64,000 nucleotides of DNA from an uncultured Actinomycetota bacterium (GCA_963804615.1 CAWDRA010000007.1:20191-84190), one strand, 5' to 3'. Shown: positions 20,332 to 31,687, counted from the stretch's first letter. The notes: generated from the letters alone by a model not told the origin. Translations and numbers: made by a program.

Positions 20332-21370
20332 GCTGATGCTCCTCTCAGACCGCCGATCCCGAGCGATCCGTCGTGGTTTGTCGTCTCAGGTTCGCTGACC
20401 GCGGTGCTCGGCTCGGGCGGCGGGTCCGCCATGCCCTCGAGCTGATTGGTGGTGGGCACGAAGAACAATGTTCCCGTCACCGCGGTGGAGAAGTCGAGCA
20501 CGCGGTCGTGATTGCCCGGCGGGTTGCCGATGAACATGTTGCGCAGCATCTCTTCGATCACGCCTGGGTCGCGATGCGTAGCCGATGAAGTACGTGCCGA
20601 ACTCAGCTGCGCCGACTCGGCCGAAGGGCATGTTGAAGCGCACGATCTGGCGCTCCTCGCCGTTCTCATCGACGATCGTGTTGAGCGCGACGTGCGAGTT
20701 CGATGGCTTGACGTCGTCTGGCAGCTCGATGTCGCTGAGCTTCGTGCGGCCGATGACTCGCTCCTGCTCCTCGACCGACAGCGCAGTCCCACGCTGTGAG
20801 GTCGTGGAGGTACTTCTGGACGATCACGTAGCTGCCGCCGGCGAACCCCGGGTCCTCGGCGCCGATCGTGATCGCGCTGCCCGCCGCCTCGCCCTCCGGG
20901 TTCTCGGTGCCGTCGACGAAGCCGAGCAGGTCGCGTTCATCGAACGAGCGGAATCCATGTACCTCATCGACGATGCGGGCGAGGCCGCTCAGCCGGTCGG
21001 CTATCCGCTGGGCGAGCTCGAAGCAGAGATCCAGCCGGTGCGCACGGATATGGAACAGCAGGTCACCGGGGGTTGAGACCGCAGTGTGGGTGGCCCCGGA
21101 GAGTGGAATGAAGCGATGCAGCCCGCGCGGCCTGGGATGCCCGGCGCGCAGGCGGTCCCAGAGGTCAGAGCCGATTCCCACCACGCAACTGAGCCCCGCC
21201 TCGGGGATGCGGAAGCCGACTGAGCGCTTGAGGCCAGGCAGGTCGGCGAGGGCACTACAGAGCTCGCCCGCATCACCATCCGGGACGATCAGCACGAGAA
21301 AGATCGCTGCCTCCGTCGACGGCTGAAGGATCGTCTGCTGCATCACGCTCGTGTCAGTGTCGTCGCTCAC
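20328..21370 (-). CDS. dyp: DyP-type peroxidase, encapsulin cargo (frameshifted)
   Basis: DLLGFVDGTENP, GGSYVIVQKYLHDL, SHVALN, RFNMPFG, GTYFIGY, DFSTAVTGTLFF; C-terminal DGSLGIGGLRG targeting peptide; two frame changes. Confidence 0.92.
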
Positions 21371-21531
21371 ACGCACGCACTGTAAGACTTTGCGTCCGTG
21401 AGCGGTCGGATTGCCGTTAACTTCCACCCGCAGGGCAACGTGCTTCGGGCGGTCGATGCGGTGGAGCGGCGTTTCGCCGCGAGCATCGATTCAGACCGGA
21501 GTCCTTCAAGCGACAAGCAACAGGAGGCGCG

Positions 21532-21967
21532 ATGAGCACCCTCAATGACGCGTCAGCGATGAGCGAGGAGTCGGACGACTGCTCGCAGGTGGCCGGCTCC
21601 CAGACGGAACCGGGAGGTCCATTGGATCGGGCACTTTCGCTGGTACCTAGGGTGCTTTCAAGCCATGCCCACATCATCTTCCTGGCCGGTCCTCGGCGTG
21701 TTCCTCGTGGTGCTGCCGCTGATCGGGGTGCACGTGAGTGCGCGGGCCGAGCTGATCGGGGGCAACTACACAAACGTGACGTCTGATCTCGGCGCCTGTA
21801 TAGCCGCGGGGCTCACGGTCCATCTGGTCAAACGGGATCGACGCCGGACGCGGGAAATGGATGCGGCGTTCGCCCATCTGCATCGCCGCCACGATGAGCT
21901 GGCGGAGGCGGTGAGTAGGGCCGCAGCCGCGGCCGAGCGGGCGGAGGCGGCGGCCGGGCAGTCCTGA
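21532..21967 (+). CDS. Small membrane hypothetical protein (frameshift)
   Basis: LSSHAHIIFL joined to GVFLVVLPL...ELIGGNYTNVTSDLGACIAAG. Confidence 0.55.
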
Positions 21968-22012
21968 GCGGCGCTCGGCTGAGCGCCCGCGGGCGCCTGC
22001 TTACATGAGGAC

Positions 22013-23211
22013 ATGGCCAACAAATACCGGGCTGTGCTCACGGCGCCGGGCTGCTTACGGCTGCTCAGCACCGCACTCCTCGGACGACTGCCACAGGGCA
22101 TGTCGGCGCTTGCCGTGCTCCTGCTGGTGCGCGACACGACACATTCGTACGCGGCCGCGGGCGTCGCCGTCGGAGCGAACGCGTTCGGCCGCCGCAGCCG
22201 CCGCGCCGGTGCTCGGCCGGATGGTCGACCGCGTCGGCCGGCGGTGGGTCGTCGGACCGGCGGCTCTCTTACAGGGCGCGATGTACGTGCTGCTGGCGGT
22301 CGCCGCCGATGCGCACGCGGATGCGCTCGTGCTGATCGCGTGCTCGGCATTCGCCGGAGCGCTGACGCCGCCGATCGCCCCGGTGGTCAGGACACTGTTG
22401 CGTGACCTGTTCGAGGAGCCCTCAGTGCGAGAGACGGCCTACGCGCTGGAGGCGATCGCGCAGGAGACGATATGGGTGGTCGGTCCGTTGCTGGTGACGG
22501 TGATCATCACCACGTTCTCACCAAAGGCCGCCGTGCTGACGCTCGAGCGTCATCGGCGTGTTGGGGACACTCCTGTTCCTGCGCTCGCCGCTGCTGGACG
22601 CCATACCCGAGCACAAGCACGAGCATCGCCACGCCGGTTCGGCCCTGGGCAGCGTCGAACTGCGCTGGCTGCTGCTGCCGGTGACCCTGATGGGCGTCGG
22701 GCTCGGCGCCGTCGAGGTTGGAATTCCGGCGCTCGCGCTGCATAACGGCTCACAGGCGGCGTCCGGTTACCTGCTCGCGCTGTGGAGCCTCGGCAGCATG
22801 GCCGGAGGGATCCGCTACAGCACGACGCATTGGCGAGCGCCGTTGGGGTCCCGCTATTGCATGCTGCTGTTCCTCGACTGCGCCGTGACGATCCCGCTGC
22901 TGGGGGCCAACTCGATCGCCGCCGCCGCGGTCGCCAGCTTCATCGCCGGCCTGGCTGTGGCTCCGGTGTTCTCGTGTCAGTACCTGCTCGTCGGTCAGGT
23001 GGTGTTGCCGGGAACCGAGCACGAGGCCTTCAGCTGGTTGCTCTCAGGCCTGATCGGCGGACTCGCTGTGGGCTCGGCCCTGGGCGGTGTTGTGATCGGC
23101 GCGCTGGGCGTGCGTGCACCGTTCGTGATCGGCTGCGTGGCCGCAGCCCTCGCGGCTGCGAGCGCCACTCGCTTTCGCGGTCGCTTCTCCGCGGGTATTG
23201 CACTCGCCTGA
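22013..23211 (+). CDS. MFS transporter (frameshifted)
   Basis: LGRLPQGM, GRMVDRVGRR motif A, AYALE...VVGPL, EAFSWL. Confidence 0.85.
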
Positions 23212-23291
23212 GGTCTGCCGGCTCCTCAAGAGGGCCGCATCGACGATCGGGTACGCGAAGCACGGATCCGGCATGGTGATACCTTGCGCCG

Positions 23292-23680
23292 GTGCTGATC
23301 CGTGAGGCGACCGATGCAGATTGGCCTGCGATCTGGCCGTTCTATACGGAGATCGTGCTGGCCGGGGAGACATACGCGCTTGATCCGGGGATCACGGAGG
23401 CCGATGCGCGCCGCAGCTGGATGCAGGCAAGGCCAGGCCAGACCTTCGTCGCCGTCAGCGACGGGGCCGAGGTCGTGGGCTCCGCCAGCGCGTACCCGAA
23501 CCGCTCCGGGAACGGGTCGCTCGCATGTCGCATCTGCGAGTTTCATGGTCGATCTGGACGCCTCGGGGCGCGGAACGGGACGTGCCCTCGCTGAGCGCGT
23601 CATCGTCTGGGCGCGGGAGCAGGGCTTCCGCGCCATGCAGTTCAACGCCGTGGTGGAGACCAACGAGCGTGCCGTCCGGC
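23292..23680 (+). pseudogene. GNAT acetyltransferase, frameshifted and C-terminally truncated
   Basis: IVLAGETY, SHVASASFMV...GRGTGRAL, FRAMQFNAVVETNERAVRL, then runs directly into the cupin stop codon. Confidence 0.75.
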
Positions 23681-24102
23681 TCAGGAAAGCTCGGGCGGCA
23701 GCGCGCGGGGCCCGTCCGGGTAGAGCTCCGCGATCAGCTCGGGCGTCATCGCGAGCGTGTTGGCGTCCTCGACAGGCGCACCGACAACAAGCCAGAGCGC
23801 CGGTGCGTCGGTGTCATTGAAGACCTGGCGCAGACTGCTCGGCTCCACCAGCACGGCGGCCAGCGGCTCGAGCGTGAGCAGTTCGCCGTCGACGCGCATG
23901 CGGCCCGTCCCCTCCAGAACGACATAGAGCTCGTGCTGGGTGCGGTGGCGGTGGCGGGTGTTGGCCTGCCCGGCTCGAGCCGCCAAAGCCGGGCTCCGAG
24001 CGTCTCGGCCCCGAGCTGCTGGGCGAGGTTGGTATTGGCGACGCCCATCTGGTTTGACGGTCGCCAGAAAGCCTCGCCGGGACTGAGGACGCGGAAGCCC
24101 AT
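23681..24102 (-). CDS. Cupin domain protein (frameshift)
   Basis: ARLWRLEPG / QANTRHRH..QHELYVVLEGTGRMRVDG. Confidence 0.8.
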
Positions 24103-24152
24103 CGCCAGCAGATTACCCCGGTCCCGTCCGGTCGGCTCACCAAACTGAGCCG

Positions 24153-25006
24153 GTGGCACGCCCAGGTGTCGGTGATCAGCTGCGTCCAGAGCAGCCTCCC
24201 GAGTTGCGTCGAGTTGCGCCTGCGCCGCTGCGGGTCGGCCTGATCGCGACTCGTCGCGGGTCTGATCGTGGCTGCTGTCGGGGGCGCGGACGGGTTCTGG
24301 CTCTGCCTACCGGCCGTGTTGCTCGCGGGGGCTGTGGCTCGACACCACCCGCGGCGGACTTTGGAGCGCCGCGCCGGTGTGGCTGATAGGCGCCGCTGCC
24401 GCTGCCGCGGTGCAGCACGGTGTGATGCCACCGTTGTGGCTGGCGGTGTTCGTGCCCGCCGCCTGCCTGTTCGTGACTCCTTGGCACCGGTGGAAGGCTG
24501 CGACGTGAGCGGGACGCGATGCAGAACGATGCCCTGAGCGACCCGCTCACCGGGCTCGCCAACCGCCGCCTGCTGATGTCCATGGCTGAGTACGAGGTCG
24601 CCCGACATCGCCGCGCGGATGCCCGTTTCGCCGTTGTGATGCTCGACCTCGACGGCTTCAAGCTGCTGAACGACCGCTACGGGCACGCCGCCGGCGATCA
24701 GATGCTGCGCGATGTCGGCGCCGCACTGACCCGCGCTCTGCGCTCCCAGGACACGATCGCTCGATGCGGCGGCGACGAGTTCTGCGTGATCGCGCCTGAG
24801 ACCGAGGATCCGCGGGTGCTGGCCGAGCGGATCGTGACTGCGTGTCCAGGCGGCCAACGGGTTCGAGTCGCTCAGCGCCAGCGTCGGGCTCGCGGTGTTT
24901 CCTGCGGACGGGACGACGATCGAGCTGCTGCTGCGGGCGGCTGACGACCGGCTGCTGGACGGCCAAGCGGCGGCTGTACGGCGCCGCCGAGCGACGAGCC
25001 GCCTGA
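24153..25006 (+). CDS. Membrane-anchored GGDEF diguanylate cyclase (frameshifted)
   Basis: DPLTGLANRR, DLDGFKLLND.YGHAAGD, RCGGDEF, SASVG.AVFP, AADDRL; start uncertain. Confidence 0.85.
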
Positions 25007-25063
25007 GCAGCATGTGCAGTGTGTGCAGCCTGCATCGGCGTCTGGCGGTAGGCTGCCGTCACA

Positions 25064-25776
25064 GTGGCGACCGGAAGTGAGGACCTATCGGCCAGGTATG
25101 CGTCGCCGGCCCTGCATTGGCCGGCCAGCATCACCAACCTCGACGCCAAGCGTGAGGTCGCCGAGCGCATCGCGCAACGCGTGGAGGACGGTGCGCTGAT
25201 CGGAATCGGGTCCGGTTCGGCGACATACATGGCGCTGTGGGCGATCGGCGAGCGTGCGAGTCGCGAGTCGCTCTCGATCAGGGTTGTGACGGCCTCGTAT
25301 GAGACGGAGGATGGCCGCATTGAGGCTCGGGATCCCGACACTGCCGCTGGGCTCGGTACGAGCCGGAGTGGGGAGTCGACGGTGCCGACGAGGTCGATCC
25401 GCACGGACGGCTGCTCAAGGGCCGGGGCGGCGCCATGTTCCGCGAGAAGATCCTCTGGTTCACATGCAGACGGATGCTGCTGGCGATCGACCCGAGCAAG
25501 CACGTCGAACGGCTCGGGCAGGGCTTTCCGATTCCGGTGGAGGTCGACCGTGCCGCGGTGGATCTGGTCGGGCGCTGGCTCGATACCCACGGGTCGAGCT
25601 CGTGGGAGCTGCGCATCGCTCGGGGTAAGGACGGCCCGGTGGTCACCGAGTCCGGCAACCTCGTGATCGACGCGTGGTTCGATGAGATCGAGCAGGGGTT
25701 CCATGCGCGTCTGAAGGCACTGCCCGGCGTGATCGAGACCGGGCTCTTCGAGGGCTACACGTTCGAGGTCGTATAG
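25064..25776 (+). CDS. rpiA: Ribose-5-phosphate isomerase A (frameshifted)
   Basis: GIGSGSAT, VDGADEVD, LKGRGGAMFREK, PIPVEV, PVVTESGNLVID, PGVIETGLF. Confidence 0.85.
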
Positions 25777-25814
25777 GCCTGGTCGTAGGCCTTGGTCGCA
25801 TAGGCCTTGGTCGC
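25774..25814. repeat. Three short tandem repeats TAGGCC(T)TGGTCG
   Basis: Seen directly, starting at the rpiA stop codon. Confidence 0.65.
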
Positions 25815-25877
25815 GGGTCTTCGTCGACGTTTGTGTCGCATGGCTGCACAAACGTCGACAGAGCTGGAGCCCGCGGG

Positions 25878-26288
25878 TTACTCGGACTGGCGCCCGAGGA
25901 TCGCCACGAAGCGGTCGATCCGCCGGCGCTGCTCATCGTCGAGCGGGCCGGCTGATTCCGCCAGCAGCGTCATCGGGCCACGATCCCGGGCCCACGCGCG
26001 AGCCGGCTCGCTGAAATCGGCGGCCAGCCAAACGAGTGGCAGCGACCCGGAGTAGGCGATCACGGTCGCGTCTTCGAGGTCGCGCGTCGATTCGGTCCGA
26101 ACGACGGAGATGACGCTCTGCTCGAGATCGTGCGCGACCGCGTCGATGGCGGCCAGGCCCTCGGCGCCCAGCAGCGCGACCTCACCCTCGCGCAGCATGT
26201 CTCGCGCCCAGCCGGCCGGGGCGCCCGTGAGGGCGGAGGGGGAGCAGACGAAGCGGAAGCGTGTCTCGGGCACGGATGGCTCGGGCAT
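25878..26288 (-). CDS. Conserved-looking hypothetical protein
   Basis: 136 aa; WARDRGPMTLL, RRIDRFVAILGRQSE; coding-like composition. Confidence 0.65.
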   Translation of the reverse strand: MPEPSVPETRFRFVCSPSALTGAPAGWARDMLREGEVALLGAEGLAAIDAVAHDLEQSVISVVRTESTRDLEDATVIAYSGSLPLVWLAADFSEPARAWARDRGPMTLLAESAGPLDDEQRRRIDRFVAILGRQSE

Positions 26289-26409
26289 GAACGGGAAGCT
26301 ACCGGCTCAGGGCACCGGAAGGCCGATCGATCGACCTGTGCACGTGGCTAGACTCGGTTGATCCAAGCGGTCTTGTGTGGTCACCCGGCCCGCACCAGGC
26401 GCGTTTCGC

Positions 26410-27378
26410 ATGCATATCGATCCCTACATCGTCCTCGGAAGCGCAGTCGTCGGGCTGCTGGTCGGCATGACCGGTGCGGGTGGTGGGGCGCTGATGACAC
26501 CGATGCTGATCCTTCTGTTCGGCGTAACGCCGACCGCCGCCATCTCAAGTGACCTGGTCGCCTCCGTGGTCATGCGGCCGATCGGCGCGGCCGTGCACTG
26601 GCGCGCCGGCACAGTCAACCGGAGGCTCGTGGTGCTGATGGCCTGCGGCTCGGTGCCGGCGGCGATCCTCGGCTCCTACCTGCTGAGTCTGATGGGGGAC
26701 TCGTCCACCGACGTCAAGCACATCGAGCTCATTCTCGGTACCGCGCTGCTGATCGGTGCGGCCGCCATGGTTCTGCGCTTCGTCCTCGACCGCCGCTCGG
26801 GCGCAGAACGCGACGCCCATGTCAGCCAGATCACACCGCGTCCCGCCCTGACGATCCTGGTCGGCGTGATCGGAGGTGTGATCGTCGGGTTGACCTCGGT
26901 CGGGTCGGGGTCGCTGATGATCGTGATGCTGCTGTTCCTATATCCGATGATCAGCGCCAAGCAGCTCGTCGGGACCGATCTGACTCAGGCGGTTCCGCTC
27001 ACGCTTGCGGCAGCGGTCGGAGCGCTGATCTTCGGCAACGTGCAGTTCGGCCTGACCGCCTCACTGATCATCGGCTCAGTGCCGGCGGTCTTCATCGGCT
27101 CGATGCTGTCCTCGAGTATCCCGGACCGCTACATCAGGCCCGTGATCGCGTTCGTGATCCTCGCCTCGGGCCTCAAGTACATCGGCCTCGCCACGACCGC
27201 GCTGGGCTGGACGCTGGTTGGTGTGCTGCTCGCGGGGGCCGGGTTCGTGGCGTTCGAGTTGAGCCGCTCACGCACGGCCGAGGCCCGCTTGGCCTCGGCC
27301 GGCACCTCACCTGCTCCCGAGGCCGACCCGGCCGCCGCGGATCCGGTGCACGCAGATCCGTCGCTTGCAGGCAGCTGA
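26410..27378 (+). CDS. TauE/SafE sulfite exporter family protein
   Basis: GMTGAGGGALMTP, GLTSVGSGS, LVGTDL. Confidence 0.92.
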   Translation: MHIDPYIVLGSAVVGLLVGMTGAGGGALMTPMLILLFGVTPTAAISSDLVASVVMRPIGAAVHWRAGTVNRRLVVLMACGSVPAAILGSYLLSLMGDSSTDVKHIELILGTALLIGAAAMVLRFVLDRRSGAERDAHVSQITPRPALTILVGVIGGVIVGLTSVGSGSLMIVMLLFLYPMISAKQLVGTDLTQAVPLTLAAAVGALIFGNVQFGLTASLIIGSVPAVFIGSMLSSSIPDRYIRPVIAFVILASGLKYIGLATTALGWTLVGVLLAGAGFVAFELSRSRTAEARLASAGTSPAPEADPAAADPVHADPSLAGS

Positions 27379-27449
27379 CGGCGCACAGCCTTCGCCAACC
27401 ATTAGGATCCGTCAGCCGGATTCCTGCAACTCATCCAGGAGGCAGATCG

Positions 27450-28991
27450 GTGAGCGCGAAACGAAACCTGGTCCTGACAGCGATGGTGTTCGCGGTCGCG
27501 ATGGGGTTCATCGACCAGACGATCGTCGCGATCGCGATCCCGAACATCCAGCGGGAGCTGTCGCTGTCGGCCACCGGTGCACAGTGGGTGATCAACGGCT
27601 ATCTGCTGTCGCTCTCGGCTTTGTTCCTGTTCGGCGGGAGGCTCGGCGACGTCCTGGGTCGCCGGCGCATGGTGATCGTCGGTGTGATCGGCTTCGCGGT
27701 GACGTCTGCGTGTTGCGGCCTGACGCCGAAGGGAGACGCGGCCGAGGCGTGGATCGTCGTCTTCCGCGTGCTCCAGGGTGCCTTTGCCGCGATCCTGTTC
27801 CCGGCTGCGATTGCCATCGTCGCGGCGGCCTTTCCAAAGAGTGACCGTGGCCGCGGGATGGCACTGTTCTTCGGAATCACGGGAGGTCTGACAGCGATCG
27901 GACCGATCGCCGGCGGGTATCTCACCCAGTGGACCTGGCGAGCGATCTTCTGGATCAACATCCCGGTGGCGATCATCGCCCTGGTCCTGATCCTGATGAC
28001 CGACGACGACACCCCGGCGCGGTCTCAGTCGATCGATTACCACGGAACCGTGCTCGTCTCCGGCGGCATGGGACTGCTCGTGCTGGGACTCCAGGAATCG
28101 AGCATGTGGGGGTGGGGAAGCCCGAAGACGATCGTCTGTCTGGTTGCGGGCCTGGTTGCGATCGCCGCGTTCCTGCGGTGGGAGAGATCAGCCGATCAGC
28201 CGCTCATAAGGCTGGAGATCTTCCGTGATCGTGTCTTTTCTGCCGACACGCTCGTGCTCGGACTGATCTCCGTCGTGTTCGTCCCGTTCTTCTTCTTCGC
28301 GAGCGTGTACGCACAGGTGTCGCTTGGCAAGAGTGCGTCCAATGCCGGCCTTTACATCATGTGGTTCTTCCTCGGCTTCGTGATCATGGCCCAGATCGGT
28401 GGGCGCATGCTGGACAAGCGTGGTGTGCGACCGCCGGTGGTCATCGGAAGCATTCTGAGCGGAGTCGGTTTCATTCTGCTGGCCGGCAAGCTCACGAACC
28501 TCTCGCTGGGAGCGCAGTCCTGGGATATCGCCCTGGCGGGGAGCGGTATCGGACTGATGCTGGGGCCGTCCAGCACGGACGCGCTCAACCGGGCGCCGAG
28601 CGCGAACTACAGCGAGATCAGCGGCATCACGCAGACCTCGCGCAATTTCGGCGCAAGTGTCGGGCTTGCGATCCTGGGCACGGTCCTGATCACCCGCAAC
28701 CACACGAACATCGCGTCCGCTTTGACGAAGGCGGGTGTGCCCTACAACGCCGCGCACCGGGCCGCGGCTCAGTTTGGGCTGTCGGTCAGCAGTCAGGTTT
28801 CGGGCAAAGCTGAACCTCATCGGGTCGTGCACGCGGTGCAGATCGCGTTCGCGCATTCGACGCAGACCGTCTTCTACATAATGGCGGGGGTGCTCGGCGC
28901 AACCCTTCTGATCGGTCTGCGCTGGCTCCCGCGCACGGCACACCGGGAGCAGGCAGCGGCTCCGCTCCCGGCAAACGAGCCCGCCCGCTGA
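27450..28991 (+). CDS. DHA2 MFS transporter
   Basis: DQTIV..AIP.I, GRLGDVLGRRR, WRAIFWINIP. Confidence 0.92.
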   Translation: MSAKRNLVLTAMVFAVAMGFIDQTIVAIAIPNIQRELSLSATGAQWVINGYLLSLSALFLFGGRLGDVLGRRRMVIVGVIGFAVTSACCGLTPKGDAAEAWIVVFRVLQGAFAAILFPAAIAIVAAAFPKSDRGRGMALFFGITGGLTAIGPIAGGYLTQWTWRAIFWINIPVAIIALVLILMTDDDTPARSQSIDYHGTVLVSGGMGLLVLGLQESSMWGWGSPKTIVCLVAGLVAIAAFLRWERSADQPLIRLEIFRDRVFSADTLVLGLISVVFVPFFFFASVYAQVSLGKSASNAGLYIMWFFLGFVIMAQIGGRMLDKRGVRPPVVIGSILSGVGFILLAGKLTNLSLGAQSWDIALAGSGIGLMLGPSSTDALNRAPSANYSEISGITQTSRNFGASVGLAILGTVLITRNHTNIASALTKAGVPYNAAHRAAAQFGLSVSSQVSGKAEPHRVVHAVQIAFAHSTQTVFYIMAGVLGATLLIGLRWLPRTAHREQAAAPLPANEPAR

Positions 28992-29001
28992 GATCCGGCT
29001 G

Positions 29002-29406
29002 ATGGCAGACGCGGCATCCGAACTCTCCTGGCTCATCGTCAAGGTGAGCTCATGGTCGGTCGAGGAGACGGTGACGCGTCTCTCAGACGCGATCGTGAGC
29101 ATCGGCGCGAAGCTGTTCGCCGTGATCGATCACAGCGGGGAGGCTCGAGCCAGCGGCCTCGAGCTGCGGGATACGAAGGTCCTGATATTCGGCAGCCCGC
29201 TTGCCGGAACGCCGGTGATGGAGAGCGCGCCACTCGCTGCACTCGACCTGCCGCTGAAGGTGCTCGTCTTCGATGACGGCGGCGTGACCCGGGTCTGCTA
29301 TGCCTCCCCATCCGGACTCGCGGAGCGCTACGGACTTGCGTCCGAGCTCGTGTCAAAGCTCGGAGCGATCGATGCGATCACAGACGCCGCGCTTCAACAC
29401 GGCTGA
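29002..29406 (+). CDS. DUF302 domain protein
   Basis: FAVIDHSGEA...GLELRDT.VLIFGSP.AGTPVM...ALDLPLKVLV. Confidence 0.9.
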   Translation: MADAASELSWLIVKVSSWSVEETVTRLSDAIVSIGAKLFAVIDHSGEARASGLELRDTKVLIFGSPLAGTPVMESAPLAALDLPLKVLVFDDGGVTRVCYASPSGLAERYGLASELVSKLGAIDAITDAALQHG

Positions 29407-29422
29407 GCGCCGCGGGAGACGC

Positions 29423-29452
29423 TCACCCGGCATGGGTGATGCCCACTCGCCC
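29423..29452 (+). promoter_or_regulatory. Tripartite box copy 1
   Basis: TCACCC-GGCAT-GGGTGA-TGCCCAC-TCGCCC, 21 nt before GTG 29474. Confidence 0.75.
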
Positions 29453-29473
29453 GGGATTTGGTGAAATCGAGCC

Positions 29474-30397
29474 GTGCGCAAAGAAGTCGCAGGCCGGGCC
29501 AGGGCCCTCGTGAAGGCTATACGCGACGGCGATCCGCAGCAGATCGAGGAGGCCGTCCTCACGGTCAGCCGCAGCCATCGCTGGTTGGCGCCGCTGGCGC
29601 TCACGATCAGCACGCTCGTCCTGCTGATCGACGGTCTGCGCCTGATCTTCTCCAACTGGCGGCTAACGATCCTGCAGGTGCTGCCCGCGATGTGGGTGTG
29701 GTTGGCGATGTTCGACCTCAAGGTTCACGTCCTTCATGACAGGAGCTTTCACGAGATCACCGGCTGGAGATCATGGGCCGCGATGGCCCTGGTCGCCGTG
29801 ATCACGATCGGGGCCTTCTATCTGAACGCGGTCACCGCCTTCGCGATCATGAACCCGGATGGCCCCTCGCTTCCCGAGGGACGGCGCAGCGCGCGGCGCA
29901 ACTGGCGGATGGTGGTGACCTCGGGCGCGGTGATCGGCCTGCTGGTGGGGTGGTCGGCAGTCTTCGCCGCGCGCCACGGGCGCCACTGGTTCACGCTCTT
30001 CATGGGGATCAGCGTCGGCCTGATGATGCTCGCCTACGTGTCGGTGCCCACGCGTCTGCTGAATGCCGACACGAAGCGGCTGACGCGACGTGACAAGCTC
30101 GTCAATGCCGCGGTCACCGGCACGCTCAGCGGTGTGGCCGCCGCACCGGCGTACGTGCTCAGCCGGGTGGGCATTCTGATGCTCGGCAGCCATGCCCTGT
30201 TCGTACCCGGGATCGTCGTGACGGCCGTGGGGTTCGCACTCGAGGCGGGCGCATCCAGCGCCGTCCGCGCGATCAAGATGAGCATGAAGCTGCTCGCCGG
30301 GGGCGCGCTCGAAGCCTTGGATCCGGAGCCCCCCGCGGCGGCGCCCGCGGCAGAGGAGCCGGCTACAGCCGGGTCGTCTGAGGCGCCGGGCGGCTGA
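29474..30397 (+). CDS. Multi-pass membrane hypothetical protein
   Basis: 307 aa, about 6 TM segments; NWRLTILQVLPAMWVWLAM.DLK. Confidence 0.75.
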   Translation: MRKEVAGRARALVKAIRDGDPQQIEEAVLTVSRSHRWLAPLALTISTLVLLIDGLRLIFSNWRLTILQVLPAMWVWLAMFDLKVHVLHDRSFHEITGWRSWAAMALVAVITIGAFYLNAVTAFAIMNPDGPSLPEGRRSARRNWRMVVTSGAVIGLLVGWSAVFAARHGRHWFTLFMGISVGLMMLAYVSVPTRLLNADTKRLTRRDKLVNAAVTGTLSGVAAAPAYVLSRVGILMLGSHALFVPGIVVTAVGFALEAGASSAVRAIKMSMKLLAGGALEALDPEPPAAAPAAEEPATAGSSEAPGG

Positions 30398-31663
30398 TCA
30401 GGCGGGGGCGACGCCGCCGGCGTCGGAGCCGGTCAGCGACAGGTGCGCGTCGGGGAACTCGCGCAGCATCTGGCGACGCAGGATCTCGGTACCGACCATC
30501 GCCAGGATCGTGAACACCAACATGCCGATCGGTTTGCCGGTGGCCGGGAACGGCTGCCAGATGAACAGGATCAGCAGGATCCCGGCGACCACGGCAAACA
30601 TCCCGCCGGGATGAGCCTGCGCGTGCGGCGCCAGCCAGCGGCGGCTGGCGGTCGCCCAGGAAGCCGGACCGGCGAACCAGGAGCAGGCGATGAGCACGGC
30701 ACCGATGAAGACGACGCCGCCCGCGATCTGCGTCAGCAGCGAGGTCGCGATCGAAACCACCGAGCTGGCGGTCGCCTGCATGGACGCGTCGTCAGTCAGT
30801 GCGGGCGGAACCTGACCGACGATGATCGAACGAATCAGCACCACGAGAAGACCGACAACGACACCGCAGATCCCGATCGTCATCAGGGTCCTGCGCCGGC
30901 GGTTGGGCGGAGCGACTGCCAGCGCAGCAGCGAACAGCAGCGGCACGATGATCGTGAGAATCAGCGCTAGGCCCTTGAGGATCTTGCCGAAGTCCTGGAT
31001 CAGGGTCAGCTGCTTGGAACGCAGAACCACCAGCTTGGCGACCGAGGGAGGCAGCTTGGCACCCAGGTCGGCGCTGATTCCAAGCTGCTTTGCAACCTGG
31101 TTCACAATCGACCGCATATCCAGGGACACCTGGCCGTTATTGAAATGCACGGAGCCCGACTGGCCGTTGATGATGTTGATCAGCTGCTGGTCAGCTGCAC
31201 GGTTCACGTTCCGCCAGATGCTCTGAAACTCGGGTCGAGACAGCGCCAGCTCGGTGGCGGATACGGCGCCGTTCTGCAGCGCCCCCGCCAGCGGGGTTGC
31301 CAGCGGCTTCAGCCGCGGCGGCAGCGCCGAGCTGAGCTTGTGGGAGACGTCGACGTTCGCGTAGATCTGGTCGACGATGTAATTGGCGGCGGTCGCGCGG
31401 ACCGCGGGGTCCTGGAGCAGCTGGGTGCTGGTGGTCGACCAATTGTCCGCGTTGAGCACCTGGCGGTTCGCCCAGATCGAGAGGATCGCGACGACCGTCA
31501 GCACCGACGCGATCCCGATCAGGATTCGTGACCAGATCCGTCTTGATCGAGTGTCAGAGGCCGGAGGCTGTGCAGTGGCGGATGTAGAAGGCGCCGCGGT
31601 GCTTGGTGCCGGCACGCTCGGCGCCCGCACGCCGGCAGGCTCAGTCGGTGGCTCGGTGCTCAC
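30398..31663 (-). CDS. Membrane protein with a large extracytoplasmic helical domain
   Basis: N-terminal TM, WANRQVL...LLQDPAVR, then 5 C-terminal TM helices. Confidence 0.8.
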   Translation of the reverse strand: MSTEPPTEPAGVRAPSVPAPSTAAPSTSATAQPPASDTRSRRIWSRILIGIASVLTVVAILSIWANRQVLNADNWSTTSTQLLQDPAVRATAANYIVDQIYANVDVSHKLSSALPPRLKPLATPLAGALQNGAVSATELALSRPEFQSIWRNVNRAADQQLINIINGQSGSVHFNNGQVSLDMRSIVNQVAKQLGISADLGAKLPPSVAKLVVLRSKQLTLIQDFGKILKGLALILTIIVPLLFAAALAVAPPNRRRRTLMTIGICGVVVGLLVVLIRSIIVGQVPPALTDDASMQATASSVVSIATSLLTQIAGGVVFIGAVLIACSWFAGPASWATASRRWLAPHAQAHPGGMFAVVAGILLILFIWQPFPATGKPIGMLVFTILAMVGTEILRRQMLREFPDAHLSLTGSDAGGVAPA

Positions 31664-31687
31664 GACCGCACAGGATCGGGGGCCGGT

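Noticed and set aside
20328-25776. Programmed frameshifting or phase variation in dyp, MFS, GGDEF and rpiA
   Set aside because: Several indels per gene with no slippery motifs or simple-sequence tracts; better explained by sequencing error
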